IMG/VR virus record: IMGVR_UViG_2526164690_000039
Strand: one strand, 5' to 3'
Length of the DNA stretch: 27,166 nucleotides
Origin: a virus
Taxonomy: Duplodnaviria > Heunggongvirae > Uroviricota > Caudoviricetes
Shown: piece after piece, positions 17,371 through 25,882 of the stretch
How positions within the stretch are numbered: the stretch's first letter is position 1
Layout: every line of letters begins with the position of its first letter
Notes under the pieces: model-generated
Databases searched by the model: none
What the model was told of the DNA's origin: nothing
What the model saw: only the letters and a program-made list of their open reading frames with translations
Position numbers and translations under genes: made by a program

Positions 17371-17643
17371 ATGTCCAGAAAAACAGAATTTAAAGGCACC
17401 GCAGCTTCTCGCCGTAGAGCTCGTCGCGCAAACCTGCAAAGTCAGGAGGCGATTAGCTCCGACAAGCTACACAGGCCAACCCCTTCACGAGTGGTCTTGC
17501 AATGCAAGCGCAAACCAGCAATGAGAGCAGAAGTTATAACTCTGACAACGTTGACCAGAAAATATGAAGGTTCAACTTGTCTTCCAAACGTAGCCATTTA
17601 CGCGGCAGGCTACCGGAAATCAAAACAACTGACAGCGAGGTGA
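17371..17643 (+). CDS. N: N-type antiterminator (P22 gp24 / phage 21 N-like)
   Basis: 90 aa; arginine-rich motif ASRRRARRANLQ near the N-terminus; C-terminus AIYAAGYRKSKQLTAR resembles P22 gp24 as recalled; GGAGGAA RBS. Confidence 0.75.
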   Translation: MSRKTEFKGTAASRRRARRANLQSQEAISSDKLHRPTPSRVVLQCKRKPAMRAEVITLTTLTRKYEGSTCLPNVAIYAAGYRKSKQLTAR

Positions 17644-17666
17644 CGATCCCCCCCGCCGTAGAGGAA

Positions 17667-18206
17667 CTAAATTAGCTCATCAGCTTTACCAGCAAAGCGC
17701 ATATAACACTCATGGAACCAGACGTCAGGTATAACAAATTTCTCTTTACCTGACGCGCTGTAAGTCACACCTGAGCGATGGAGAAGGCCTTTTCTCATAA
17801 GAGATAAAGCGACCGGATCGCCGTGCTTAAGTACGATTTTGTTATTTGCCATAACAGCAAATGCTAAAACCTCTTTTTCCTGAATACTCAGAGAATTGAA
17901 TAGGCGCTCAGTCTCCACAATTACTTTAGCCTCATCTCTCTTACTGAGATATTTTTTATATCTGTCTGAAGATGCCAGAAATATAAACTCCATCCCCCTG
18001 TTCAGAACATAACTGATACACAAAAGCATTGCGTAATACATCCAGTGATCTGGAAGTATTTCGGGGTTCCTTATATCTACCCACTCTTTAATTGATGCTG
18101 GGGTGATTATTATCAAGGCAATTAAAATAATAAGCATATGAATTAACTGTTGTAGCGTAAGACCACGCAGGAAGAAACGTAATAGTTCCTGCCACCAGTT
18201 ACTCAT
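17667..18206 (-). CDS. sieB: SieB-like superinfection exclusion membrane protein
   Basis: 179 aa; N-terminal hydrophobic segments (LIHMLIILIALIIITP...); convergent with N; GGAGA RBS. Family assignment from memory, not verified. Confidence 0.55.
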   Translation of the reverse strand: MSNWWQELLRFFLRGLTLQQLIHMLIILIALIIITPASIKEWVDIRNPEILPDHWMYYAMLLCISYVLNRGMEFIFLASSDRYKKYLSKRDEAKVIVETERLFNSLSIQEKEVLAFAVMANNKIVLKHGDPVALSLMRKGLLHRSGVTYSASGKEKFVIPDVWFHECYMRFAGKADELI

Positions 18207-18422
18207 CGGTGAATCTCCATCATTCTCTCTGTAGGGGTGAATAGAGTTTATCCGATTTCTCGCTGTAGGGGTACACGAGAACCACCGAGCCTGATGTGGT
18301 TAAAAGACAGGCATACGAATAAACACTGCACTGTGTATTCATTCCAACGAGTGAATACACGGAGCAATGTCGCTCGTAACTAAACAGGAGCCGACTTGTT
18401 CTGATTATTGGAAATCTTCTTT

Positions 18423-18449
18423 GCCCTCCAGTGTGAGGGCAATTTTTTT
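18423..18449 (+). terminator. Intrinsic terminator in the pL operon (tL-like)
   Basis: GCCCUC-CAGUGU-GAGGGC stem followed by AAUUUUUUU. Confidence 0.7.
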
Positions 18450-18569
18450 GACGGAGGATATATGAGTGAAGTAACAGATTTAGTTGTTATTGAAAAAGCA
18501 AATGCAATGACTGTAATTTAGTCTGCCGACCAGATTGAAGAAATTCTTCAAAAGGTTGAACGTGAAGTT

Positions 18570-19430
18570 ATGTCCTTTGTGCCTGATATCACAACGGCAA
18601 AGGGCAGAAAGGAGATCGCTTATCTGGCGTATAAAGTTGCGCAGACGAAAACATATCTCGATGGTCTTGGCAAAGACCTTGTTGCTGAACTGAAGGAAAT
18701 TCCAAAGCTAATTGATGCTAACCGCAAGACAGTGCGCGATCGCCTTGATGAACTGAAAGCCAAGGCGCGCCAGCCTCTTACTGATTATGAGGAAGAACAG
18801 GCGCGGATTAAAGCCGAAGAAGAAGCTAAGGCAGCAGCTGAAGCTCTCGCAAAGCAAATTGAGTCTGACCATGAAATAGCGATTTTGATGGATCGCGAAT
18901 TTGACCGCCAAAGAGAAGAGGCAAGACTCAAAGCGGAGCAGGAAAAGCGAGAGCATGAAGAACGCTTAAAAAGAGAAGCTGAAGAGAAAGCCAGAGCTGA
19001 AGCCGAAGCAAAGGCAAAAGCCGAAATTGAAGCAGCAGCAAGGCGAGAAGCAGAAGCTAAGGCCGCAGAGGAACGTGCAGAGCGTGAACGCATTGAAGCC
19101 GAGCAACGAGCACAGCGCGAAGCAAAAGAGGCAGCAGAACGAGCTGAAAGAGAAAAGCATGCGGCAATTGAAGCAGAACGCCGTAAAGCACAGGAGGAGG
19201 CAGAACGAATCCTGCGCGAGGCTGAAGCAAAAGAGCAAGCCAGAATAGCAGAAGAAAAAAGAATCAAGGACGAAGAAGAGCGTAGAGCAAAGGATAAAGC
19301 TCACCGGAAAGAAGTAAATAACAAAATACTTGCTGACCTTATCAAGGTTGGCGCATCAGAAGATGTTGCTAAAAATATCATAACAGCCATCGTAAAAGGC
19401 GAATTATTCGCAACAAAAATAACCTACTAA
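18570..19430 (+). CDS. Highly charged E/A/K/R-rich coiled-coil protein (possibly the remnant of a longer gene starting at 18462)
   Basis: 286 aa from ATG 18570. An upstream in-frame ORF (ATG 18462 with GGAGGA RBS) is ended by TAG at 18519-18521. Central about 170 aa is almost pure EAKAKAE/REAE repeats. Confidence 0.6.
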   Translation: MSFVPDITTAKGRKEIAYLAYKVAQTKTYLDGLGKDLVAELKEIPKLIDANRKTVRDRLDELKAKARQPLTDYEEEQARIKAEEEAKAAAEALAKQIESDHEIAILMDREFDRQREEARLKAEQEKREHEERLKREAEEKARAEAEAKAKAEIEAAARREAEAKAAEERAERERIEAEQRAQREAKEAAERAEREKHAAIEAERRKAQEEAERILREAEAKEQARIAEEKRIKDEEERRAKDKAHRKEVNNKILADLIKVGASEDVAKNIITAIVKGELFATKITY

Positions 19431-19454
19431 TAAAACCAACATAAGGAACCACCC

Positions 19455-19586
19455 ATGATTTACGCAATCGCGGGAGGCGCTCGCATGGGTGCCTTCCAAT
19501 TAAATGAATCTTTACTTGAACGAATCACCCGTAAATTACGTGACGGATGGAAAAGAGTTGAGGTCTTATTATGCGCAATGAAATAG
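19455..19586 (+). CDS. cIII: CIII-like protease inhibitor
   Basis: 43 aa MIYAIAGG...ESLLERITRKLRDGWKR, matching the lambda CIII core (ESLLERITRKLRDGWKR) as recalled; AAGGA RBS. Confidence 0.8.
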   Translation: MIYAIAGGARMGAFQLNESLLERITRKLRDGWKRVEVLLCAMK

Positions 19587-19723
19587 CCATCAATCACCAG
19601 ATGCTTCGTGCTGCACAGAACAAGGCAGTAATAGCCCGATTTATTGGTGATTCAAAAATGTGGCTTGAAGCAAATAAAGCGATGAAATCAGCTATCAACC
19701 TTCCGTGTTATCGCAGGAAATGA
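19571..19723 (+). CDS. kil: Kil-like host division inhibitor
   Basis: 50 aa; IARFIGDSKMWLEA resembles the lambda Kil IATFIGDEKMFREA segment; overlaps the cIII end; next to cIII as in lambda/P22. Confidence 0.65.
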   Translation: MRNEIAINHQMLRAAQNKAVIARFIGDSKMWLEANKAMKSAINLPCYRRK

Positions 19724-19878
19724 GTTTTACAGATAACTGGTCAGACGAAGAATTCATTCGTCAGATGAAAGAATTAATCGGTAACGAAGGAGATATTCAT
19801 GTCACTTGCAACCACAGTGAAGGAGAGCAAGTTACAGAGGCGCATGTACACGCAGAAAGCTCTCTGGTATCGCCATAA
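19720..19878 (+). CDS. Small hypothetical protein (52 aa) between kil and erf (position of P22 arf)
   Basis: ATGA overlap with the kil stop; acidic product; assignment by position only. Confidence 0.4.
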   Translation: MSFTDNWSDEEFIRQMKELIGNEGDIHVTCNHSEGEQVTEAHVHAESSLVSP

Positions 19879-19979
19879 TGGTGACCGCGAAGGAATGCGG
19901 GTATGCCTTAATTTGTCCCGAGTCGAAGTATTAAATCAGCGTTATTTCCTTGGGCCGTGTCCATTCTGAGAACAATCAT

Positions 19980-20585
19980 ATGAGCAAAGAATTTTACGCA
20001 AGACTGGCAGCTATTCAGGAGAATCTGAACGCGCCAAAGAATCAGTACAACTCATTCGGCAAATATAAATACAGAAGCTGCGAAGATATTCTTGAAGGCG
20101 TTAAGCCGTTACTGAATGGCCTGTTTTTATCAATCAGCGATGAAGTTGTGTTGATTGGTGATCGGTATTATGTGAAAGCCACGGCAACTATTACCGATGG
20201 CGAAAACAGTCATACGGCAACCGCTCTTGCACGAGAGGAAGAAAGCAAGAAAGGAATGGATTCTGCACAAGTTACGGGAGCTACAAGCTCTTATGCACGC
20301 AAGTATTGCCTCAATGGTTTATTCGGCATTGATGATGCGAAAGATGCAGATACCGACGAGCATAAACATCAGCAGAACGCAGCAGCAAAGCAATCAAAAC
20401 CATCACCTACACCTGAACAGGTTCTAAAAGCATTCACTGACGCAGCAATGCAGAAAAACACCGTAGAAGAGCTTAAACAGGCGTTCGCCAAAGCGTGGAA
20501 GATGCTCGAAGGCACACCGGAGCAGCACAAAGCGCAGGACGTTTACAACATCAGACGAGACGAATTAGAAGGAGCTGCTGCTTAA
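19980..20585 (+). CDS. erf: Erf single-strand annealing recombinase
   Basis: MSKEFYARLAAIQENLNAPKNQYNSFGKYKYRSCEDILEGVKPLL... closely matches P22 Erf as recalled; the ORF-track start at 19950 is an upstream ATG. Confidence 0.9.
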   Translation: MSKEFYARLAAIQENLNAPKNQYNSFGKYKYRSCEDILEGVKPLLNGLFLSISDEVVLIGDRYYVKATATITDGENSHTATALAREEESKKGMDSAQVTGATSSYARKYCLNGLFGIDDAKDADTDEHKHQQNAAAKQSKPSPTPEQVLKAFTDAAMQKNTVEELKQAFAKAWKMLEGTPEQHKAQDVYNIRRDELEGAAA

Positions 20586-20968
20586 TGGCACATTCGATTA
20601 CTGTAAGACTAAACAAGCCCGCAAGAGAGTTTCAGACCGGGGAAAATATCGGATTCAACATCCGTGCTGGCGTTCAGTATTACGATCGCCAGACAAAAAA
20701 GAAAGAATGGACAAACTACAGCGCCGTTGTATTTGCCAAGCCGGGAGCGCAAGCGGATTACTACCGTAGTGTTCTTGTTGAAGGTGGCATTGTGGAAATT
20801 ACCGGAGAAAACATCAGGGTTGATGTTTATCAGGGGCAAAATGGTCAATCAATCACTCTTGAATTACTGAATGCAAAGATTGGATTTGCAGCTTCAGGAA
20901 ATGGCCCGCAGCAGCAAAGTAGTAACCAGCAGAACACTCCTGTATACGACGATTCCATCCCATTCTGA
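20585..20968 (+). CDS. SSB-like OB-fold protein with SSB-type C-terminal tip (DDSIPF)
   Basis: ATG overlaps the erf stop (TAATG); 127 aa; Gln/Gly-rich linker and terminal PVYDDSIPF reminiscent of the bacterial SSB C-terminus (DDDIPF). Confidence 0.6.
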   Translation: MAHSITVRLNKPAREFQTGENIGFNIRAGVQYYDRQTKKKEWTNYSAVVFAKPGAQADYYRSVLVEGGIVEITGENIRVDVYQGQNGQSITLELLNAKIGFAASGNGPQQQSSNQQNTPVYDDSIPF

Positions 20969-20991
20969 TTTAGAAAAATAAGGATTTAATT

Positions 20992-21285
20992 ATGCCAGCG
21001 CCTCTGTATGGTGCGGATGACGCGCGCCGCTGTTCCGGCAATTCCGTATCGGAGGTGCTGGATAAATTCAGAAAAAACTACGATCGGATAATGTCGCTAC
21101 CGCAGGAAACGAAAGAGGAAAAGGAATTTCGCCATTGTATATGGCTTGCAGAGAAAGAAGAACGCGAGCGAATTTACCAGACATCAATCCGACCATTCCG
21201 CAAAGCCACATATACCCACTTCCCTGAAATTGACCCGCGCCTGCGTAATTACCGCTCACGCTATGGCGCTATCAGTAATGACTGA
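20992..21285 (+). CDS. Hypothetical 97-aa protein (position and size compatible with a P22 Abc-type anti-RecBCD protein; unverified)
   Basis: AAGGA RBS; ORF directly downstream of the erf/SSB-like genes. Confidence 0.5.
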   Translation: MPAPLYGADDARRCSGNSVSEVLDKFRKNYDRIMSLPQETKEEKEFRHCIWLAEKEERERIYQTSIRPFRKATYTHFPEIDPRLRNYRSRYGAISND

Positions 21286-21295
21286 GGAATTTACC

Positions 21296-21460
21296 ATGAG
21301 AGGACTTGCATACAATCCCGGCATTCTTCCGGCAGAAATGATTATTCGCCAACGCGCAAAGCCAATGCCATCGAGAGAGGAATTGCTTAAGAGAAAGAGT
21401 TTCGGTTCTGTTAATGACAACAAATATCTGAATGCGATGTGGCGGAGTGGGAAGAAATGA
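21296..21460 (+). CDS. Small hypothetical protein (54 aa)
   Basis: ATG 7 nt after GAGGAA; stop overlaps the next start (ATGA). Confidence 0.4.
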   Translation: MRGLAYNPGILPAEMIIRQRAKPMPSREELLKRKSFGSVNDNKYLNAMWRSGKK

Positions 21461-22014
21461 AACAAATGACACTAATTGAGATGGATGGTTTTCTGAAAGG
21501 TAAATGCATCCCAAGTGATTTAAAGGTTGACGAAACAAACGATGAATATCTTGTCCGTAAGTTCGGTGAACTTGAATCAAAACTAGAAACGGCGTTGCGG
21601 GAGTGTCGTTCTGCTGGAATCACGATTGATAACCTTGAGGCTAAATGCGCGAAGATGGCTGCTGAAAATTCCTCGCTTAAGCAATCTGAGAAGGAATTTA
21701 ATGACTTTTGTCGTGAGGAGTTTAGCGAATGGGAAGATGATATTACTGAAACCCCAGCCACCGATGCTTTTCTGGCTGAAGTGAAGACTGAAGCACGCAA
21801 GGAGGGCGCTTACTTTGTGGCGAACAGAATGCTGGCTGCCTGGGAAGCTGGTTTTATTGATGATACTGCGAAGAACGCCGCTGATATTGCCCGGATGATT
21901 CTTACCTCTACTGAGTTTATGGCCAATGCGCCGGAAGGCGATTTTGACCGTTCATTCTCTGATGGCGTTCTCGAAGATATCGCCGAACAGCTTCGTAAAG
22001 GAGTCATCCAATGA
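21457..22014 (+). CDS. Hypothetical acidic ea-region protein
   Basis: 185 aa ORF translationally coupled on both sides (ATGA overlaps). Confidence 0.55.
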   Translation: MKQMTLIEMDGFLKGKCIPSDLKVDETNDEYLVRKFGELESKLETALRECRSAGITIDNLEAKCAKMAAENSSLKQSEKEFNDFCREEFSEWEDDITETPATDAFLAEVKTEARKEGAYFVANRMLAAWEAGFIDDTAKNAADIARMILTSTEFMANAPEGDFDRSFSDGVLEDIAEQLRKGVIQ

Positions 22015-22568
22015 GCAAGATTGACTATCAGGCACTGCGTGAGGCGGCAGAGCGTGCAATTCCGGCAATGGAACGCCTGTTAATGTTGCCAGTTGATGAT
22101 GATTTGTTAACTGAACAGGAACTTAAGGATTACGGTGTGGATATTGATGCGCTCAACGCCTTCAAATTTCTGACCGGGCCAGAAACCGTGCTGGCACTAC
22201 TGGATGAACGGGAAAGAAACCAGCAATACATCAAACGCCGCGACCAGAAGAACGAGGATATTGCTCTTACGGTTGGGAAGCTGCGTGTTGAGCTTGAAGC
22301 CGTGCAGAAGACATCAGCGGCACGAATCGAAGCTATAGACCGCACTCACAAAATGTTCCAGCGTGAAAAAGATCGAGCCGATGCCGCAGAGAAGTGCATA
22401 GCAGAACTGTCTGCTAGCCACAGCAAATTGCGCGACACAATGGCTGGCATCCACAACACAATCCGAATGGATGGCGGCTATACGCCACTGGCAGCAATCC
22501 TTAACGCTGCTAAACGCGCATATGAAGAATCAGCAAGCGCAGCTGGCATTCGCATCAAAGGAGAGTGA
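22011..22568 (+). CDS. Hypothetical coiled-coil ea-region protein (Ea22-like by position)
   Basis: 185 aa ORF with ATGA coupling; family name not verified. Confidence 0.55.
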   Translation: MSKIDYQALREAAERAIPAMERLLMLPVDDDLLTEQELKDYGVDIDALNAFKFLTGPETVLALLDERERNQQYIKRRDQKNEDIALTVGKLRVELEAVQKTSAARIEAIDRTHKMFQREKDRADAAEKCIAELSASHSKLRDTMAGIHNTIRMDGGYTPLAAILNAAKRAYEESASAAGIRIKGE

Positions 22569-22569
22569 T

Positions 22570-23187
22570 ATGAGCACTATCACTAAAGAACGTATCGAAT
22601 TGTTCATTAAATCCCCGCTTGATAACGGACTTACTAGTGGCGAACAAATGGAACTGGCACGGATTGCTCTGGCATCGCTGGAAGCAAAACCAATAGGTGC
22701 ATTCCACATTGCAGAACAGCAAGTTGACGGCACAAGTGACTACCTCAAGGATGGAGAATGGCCTATTGATAATGGAATTATTGAGGTCTACGCCGCTCCG
22801 CCAGTACCGGTAGTACCTGCTGCATTACCTGAGAACGACGATGAGGACGGGCATGACATTGATTATCTTGATCCATCTGAAGTTTACGCGCTTGGGCGAA
22901 CAGCTGGCTGGAACGCCTGCCGCGCCGCCATGCTTCAGGGTAAATCAGAACAACCACAAAACGCACAACAAAATATTCCGGAAAATATTCCCGGTGGCAA
23001 CTCTCCGGTAACTCCGGATGGTTGGGTTATGGTGCCGAAGGAGTTAACCCCGGAAATGATGAGAGCCGTTCAGATTAGAAGTGAGCTTGGAGGGTATGCT
23101 ACTTCCAATCTATCTGGTGCATACAATATGTTTTCTGAGTTCTGGAATGTTGCTGTCTCAGCTGCGCCTAAGGTGGATGATTTATGA
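22570..23187 (+). CDS. Hypothetical ea-region protein
   Basis: ATG at 22570 after AGGAG; 205 aa; the ORF-track N-terminal extension overlaps the upstream gene and was not used. Confidence 0.55.
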   Translation: MSTITKERIELFIKSPLDNGLTSGEQMELARIALASLEAKPIGAFHIAEQQVDGTSDYLKDGEWPIDNGIIEVYAAPPVPVVPAALPENDDEDGHDIDYLDPSEVYALGRTAGWNACRAAMLQGKSEQPQNAQQNIPENIPGGNSPVTPDGWVMVPKELTPEMMRAVQIRSELGGYATSNLSGAYNMFSEFWNVAVSAAPKVDDL

Positions 23188-23486
23188 ATCTATATCGCTG
23201 CCCATTCTGTGGTTCCACTGTGCTTAACATCGGATACTCATTCAGTATCAGAGGGAAAATGCGCTATGTGTCATGCAAATGTGGTGCCCAAGGACCAGAA
23301 AAACGAACTAGATCTGAAGCGATTTCTTCATGGAATAGTCGAATGAAAGTATGGGTTTATGATCCAGAAACAATATTAAACGTTGAAGAGCGCAGGAGAA
23401 CAGAAGTCTATATTCATAACCTTAATGAAGATGGATTTGCACCAGTGCTTGTAAAGGCTACTCCGCAGGAGGTTAACCGTGGCTAA
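23184..23486 (+). CDS. Zinc-ribbon protein, possibly Lar-family restriction alleviation
   Basis: 100 aa beginning MNLYRCPFCGS with a second cysteine pair (CKCG); the CPFCG motif is typical of Lar-family proteins. Confidence 0.45.
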   Translation: MNLYRCPFCGSTVLNIGYSFSIRGKMRYVSCKCGAQGPEKRTRSEAISSWNSRMKVWVYDPETILNVEERRRTEVYIHNLNEDGFAPVLVKATPQEVNRG

Positions 23487-23763
23487 CCTACAACTTGCCG
23501 TCAAAGGTGAATACTTCGATGCCATGATTCGAGGAGAGAAAACGGAAGAGTATCGCCTGTGTAATGACTATTGGAATAAGCGAATTATGTTCCGGGAGTA
23601 TGACCGCCTGATTATCACAAAGGGATATCCGAAGCGCGACGATTCCAGCCGCAGAATTGATGTTCCGTATGACGGATATGAAATCAAGACAATCACACAT
23701 CCGCACTTCGGTGATAAACCGGTAAAGGTGTTCGCGATAAAGGTGAATATCGGCAATGAATAA
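23479..23763 (+). CDS. Hypothetical protein (94 aa)
   Basis: GTG start 7 nt after GGAGG; overlaps the upstream stop. Confidence 0.5.
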   Translation: MANLQLAVKGEYFDAMIRGEKTEEYRLCNDYWNKRIMFREYDRLIITKGYPKRDDSSRRIDVPYDGYEIKTITHPHFGDKPVKVFAIKVNIGNE

Positions 23764-23835
23764 CAATCCTCGCACTCGCGGGGATTTCTTTTATCTGAAC
23801 TCGCTACGGCGGATTTTGTTTTATGGAGATGATAA

Positions 23836-24003
23836 ATGCACTTCCGAGTCACAGGTGAATGGAATGGAGAACCATTCAACAGAGTTATCGAAGCAGAGAA
23901 CATCAATGACTGCTATGACCACTGGATGATATGGGCGCAGATAGCACATGCAGACGTAACCAATATTCGAATTGAAGAACTGAAAGAACACCAAGCCGCC
24001 TGA
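23836..24003 (+). CDS. Small hypothetical protein (55 aa)
   Basis: ATG after GGAGA; MHFRVTGEWNGEPFNRVIEAENINDCYDHWMIWAQIAHADVTNIRIEELKEHQAA. Confidence 0.4.
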   Translation: MHFRVTGEWNGEPFNRVIEAENINDCYDHWMIWAQIAHADVTNIRIEELKEHQAA

Positions 24004-24030
24004 TGGAGTTTTTTTTATTGGAGACAAGAA

Positions 24031-24375
24031 ATGTCAGATTTGTCTATGAAGGTTTTGAAATGGCAATCGACTGGCGATGTTGGCATCAGTAGCGCAACTC
24101 TTGCCTCAATCGCATGTGGCCTGAAAAAGAATATCTATGGTCATCACTTCGGCGCTCCCCATGACGCAGCAGACTTCCGACGATGCGTTGCACTTGTTGA
24201 GAAGATTCCAGAAATCAGAGATTCATTCGACAAGGTTGCAAAGCGCGTTCCGGCATTCAAAGGCATCCTCAACGAATGGGATTCCCTCGTTGCTCTGTTG
24301 AAGTCTGAAATGAAGATACACGGAAACAAAGCACCAGAGACTTACAGGAGAATCAGCGAGTTACGAAAGGACTAA
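24031..24375 (+). CDS. Hypothetical protein (114 aa)
   Basis: ORF with GGAGA RBS upstream of xis. Confidence 0.5.
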   Translation: MSDLSMKVLKWQSTGDVGISSATLASIACGLKKNIYGHHFGAPHDAADFRRCVALVEKIPEIRDSFDKVAKRVPAFKGILNEWDSLVALLKSEMKIHGNKAPETYRRISELRKD

Positions 24376-24434
24376 CCACAGCCTCACACTCGATGAGGCC
24401 TGTTCATGGCTCAATGATATCCAGACCTACCATC

Positions 24435-24457
24435 GCCGCATCAATGCGGCTTTTCTT
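24435..24457 (+). terminator. Terminator-like hairpin upstream of xis
   Basis: GCCGCA-UCAA-UGCGGC stem followed by UUUUCUU. Confidence 0.35.
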
Positions 24458-24469
24458 GCGTGTAATTGC
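24456..24469 (+). promoter_or_regulatory. cII-dependent pI promoter recognition site (TTGC-N6-TTGC)
   Basis: TTGCGTGTAATTGC immediately upstream of the xis ATG, as at lambda pI. Confidence 0.7.
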
Positions 24470-24481
24470 GGAGACTTTGCG

Positions 24482-24700
24482 ATGTACTTGACACTTCAGG
24501 AGTGGAATGCACGCCAGCGACGCCCAAGAAGCCTTGAAACAGTTCGTCGATGGGTGCGCGAATGCAGGATATTCCCTCCTCCGGTTAAGGATGGAAGAGA
24601 GTATCTGTTCCACGAATCAGCGGTAAAGGTTGACTTAAATCGACCAGTAACAGGTAGCCTTTTGAAGAGGATCAGAAATGGGAAGAAGGCGAAGTCATGA
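24482..24700 (+). CDS. xis: Excisionase
   Basis: 72 aa MYLTLQEWNARQRRPRSLETVRRWVRECRIFPPPVKDGREYLFHESAVKVDLNRPVTGSLLKRIRNGKKAKS, matching lambda Xis as recalled; overlaps the int start. Confidence 0.95.
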   Translation: MYLTLQEWNARQRRPRSLETVRRWVRECRIFPPPVKDGREYLFHESAVKVDLNRPVTGSLLKRIRNGKKAKS

Positions 24701-25748
24701 GCGCCGGGATTTACCCCCTAATCTTTATATAAGAAACAATGGATATTACTGCTACAGGGACCCAAGGACGGGTAAAGAGTTTGGATTAGGCCGAGACAGG
24801 AGGATAGCAATCACTGAAGCAATACAGGCCAACATTGAGTTATTTTCAGGACACAAACACAAGCCTCTGACAGCGAGAATCAACAGTGATAATTCTGTTA
24901 CGTTACATTCATGGCTTGATCGCTACGAAAAAATCCTCGCCAGCAGAGGAATCAAGCAGAAGACTCTCATAAATTACATGAGCAAAATTAAAGCAATAAG
25001 GAGGGGGCTGCCTGATGCTCCACTTGAAGACATCACCACAAAAGAAATTGCGGCAATGCTCAGTGGATACATAGACGAGGGCAAGGCGGCGTCAGCCAAG
25101 TTAATCAGATCAACACTGAGCGATGCATTCCGAGAGGCAATAGCTGAAGGCCATATAACAACAAACCCGGTCGCTGCCACTCGCGCAGCAAAATCAGAGG
25201 TAAGGAGATCAAGACTTACGGCTGACGAATACCTGAAAATTTATCAAGCAGCAGAATCATCACCATGTTGGCTAAGACTTGCAATGGAGCTGGCTGTTGT
25301 TACCGGGCAGCGAGTTGGTGATTTATGCGAAATGAAGTGGTCTGATATCGTAGATGGATATCTTTATGTCGAGCAAAGCAAAACAGGCGTAAAAATTGCC
25401 ATCCCTACAACATTGCATGTTGATGCTCTCGGGATATCAATGAAGGAAACACTTGATAAATGCAAAGAGATTCTTGGCGGAGAAACCATAATTGCATCTA
25501 CTCATCGTGAACCGCTTTCATCCGGCACAGTATCAAGGTATTTTATGCGCGCACGAAAAGCATCAGGTCTTTCCTTCGAAGGGGATCCGCCGACCTTTCA
25601 CGAGTTGCGCAGTTTGTCTGCAAGACTCTATGAGAAGCAGATAAGCGATAAGTTTGCTCAACATCTTCTCGGGCATAAGTCGGACACCATGGCATCACAG
25701 TATCGTGATGACAGAGGCAGGGAGTGGGACAAAATTGAAATCAAATAA
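24678..25748 (+). CDS. int: Tyrosine integrase (lambda Int)
   Basis: 356 aa, matches lambda Int essentially throughout as recalled (MGRRRSHERRDLPPNLYIRNNGYYCYRDPRTGKEFGLGRDRRIAITEAIQANIELF...). Confidence 0.97.
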   Translation: MGRRRSHERRDLPPNLYIRNNGYYCYRDPRTGKEFGLGRDRRIAITEAIQANIELFSGHKHKPLTARINSDNSVTLHSWLDRYEKILASRGIKQKTLINYMSKIKAIRRGLPDAPLEDITTKEIAAMLSGYIDEGKAASAKLIRSTLSDAFREAIAEGHITTNPVAATRAAKSEVRRSRLTADEYLKIYQAAESSPCWLRLAMELAVVTGQRVGDLCEMKWSDIVDGYLYVEQSKTGVKIAIPTTLHVDALGISMKETLDKCKEILGGETIIASTHREPLSSGTVSRYFMRARKASGLSFEGDPPTFHELRSLSARLYEKQISDKFAQHLLGHKSDTMASQYRDDRGREWDKIEIK

Positions 25749-25843
25749 TGATTTTATTTTGACTGATAGTGACCTGTTCGTTGCAACAAATTGATAAGCA
25801 ATGCTTTTTTATAATGCCAACTTAGTATAAAAAAGCAGGCTTC
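25749..25843 (-). other. attL (B-O-P'): P' arm, 15-bp common core at 25822-25836, then the bacterial B arm
   Basis: Reverse complement reads TGAAGCCTGC-TTTTTTATACTAA-GTTGGCATTATAAAAAAGCATTGCTTATCAATTTGTTGCAACGAACAGGTCACTATCAGTCAAAATAAAATCATTATTTGA, i.e. the attB left arm joined to the lambda attP P' arm. Confidence 0.9.
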
Positions 25844-25882
25844 AACGGATTCATTTTTCTATTTCATAGCCCGGAGCAACCT

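Noticed and set aside
18785..19304. Long minus-strand ORFs (160 aa Ser/Ala-rich and 112 aa Cys/Phe-rich) antisense to the coiled-coil gene
   Set aside because: They are reading-frame echoes of the GAA/GCA-rich repeats on the plus strand, have no RBS and a low-complexity composition.
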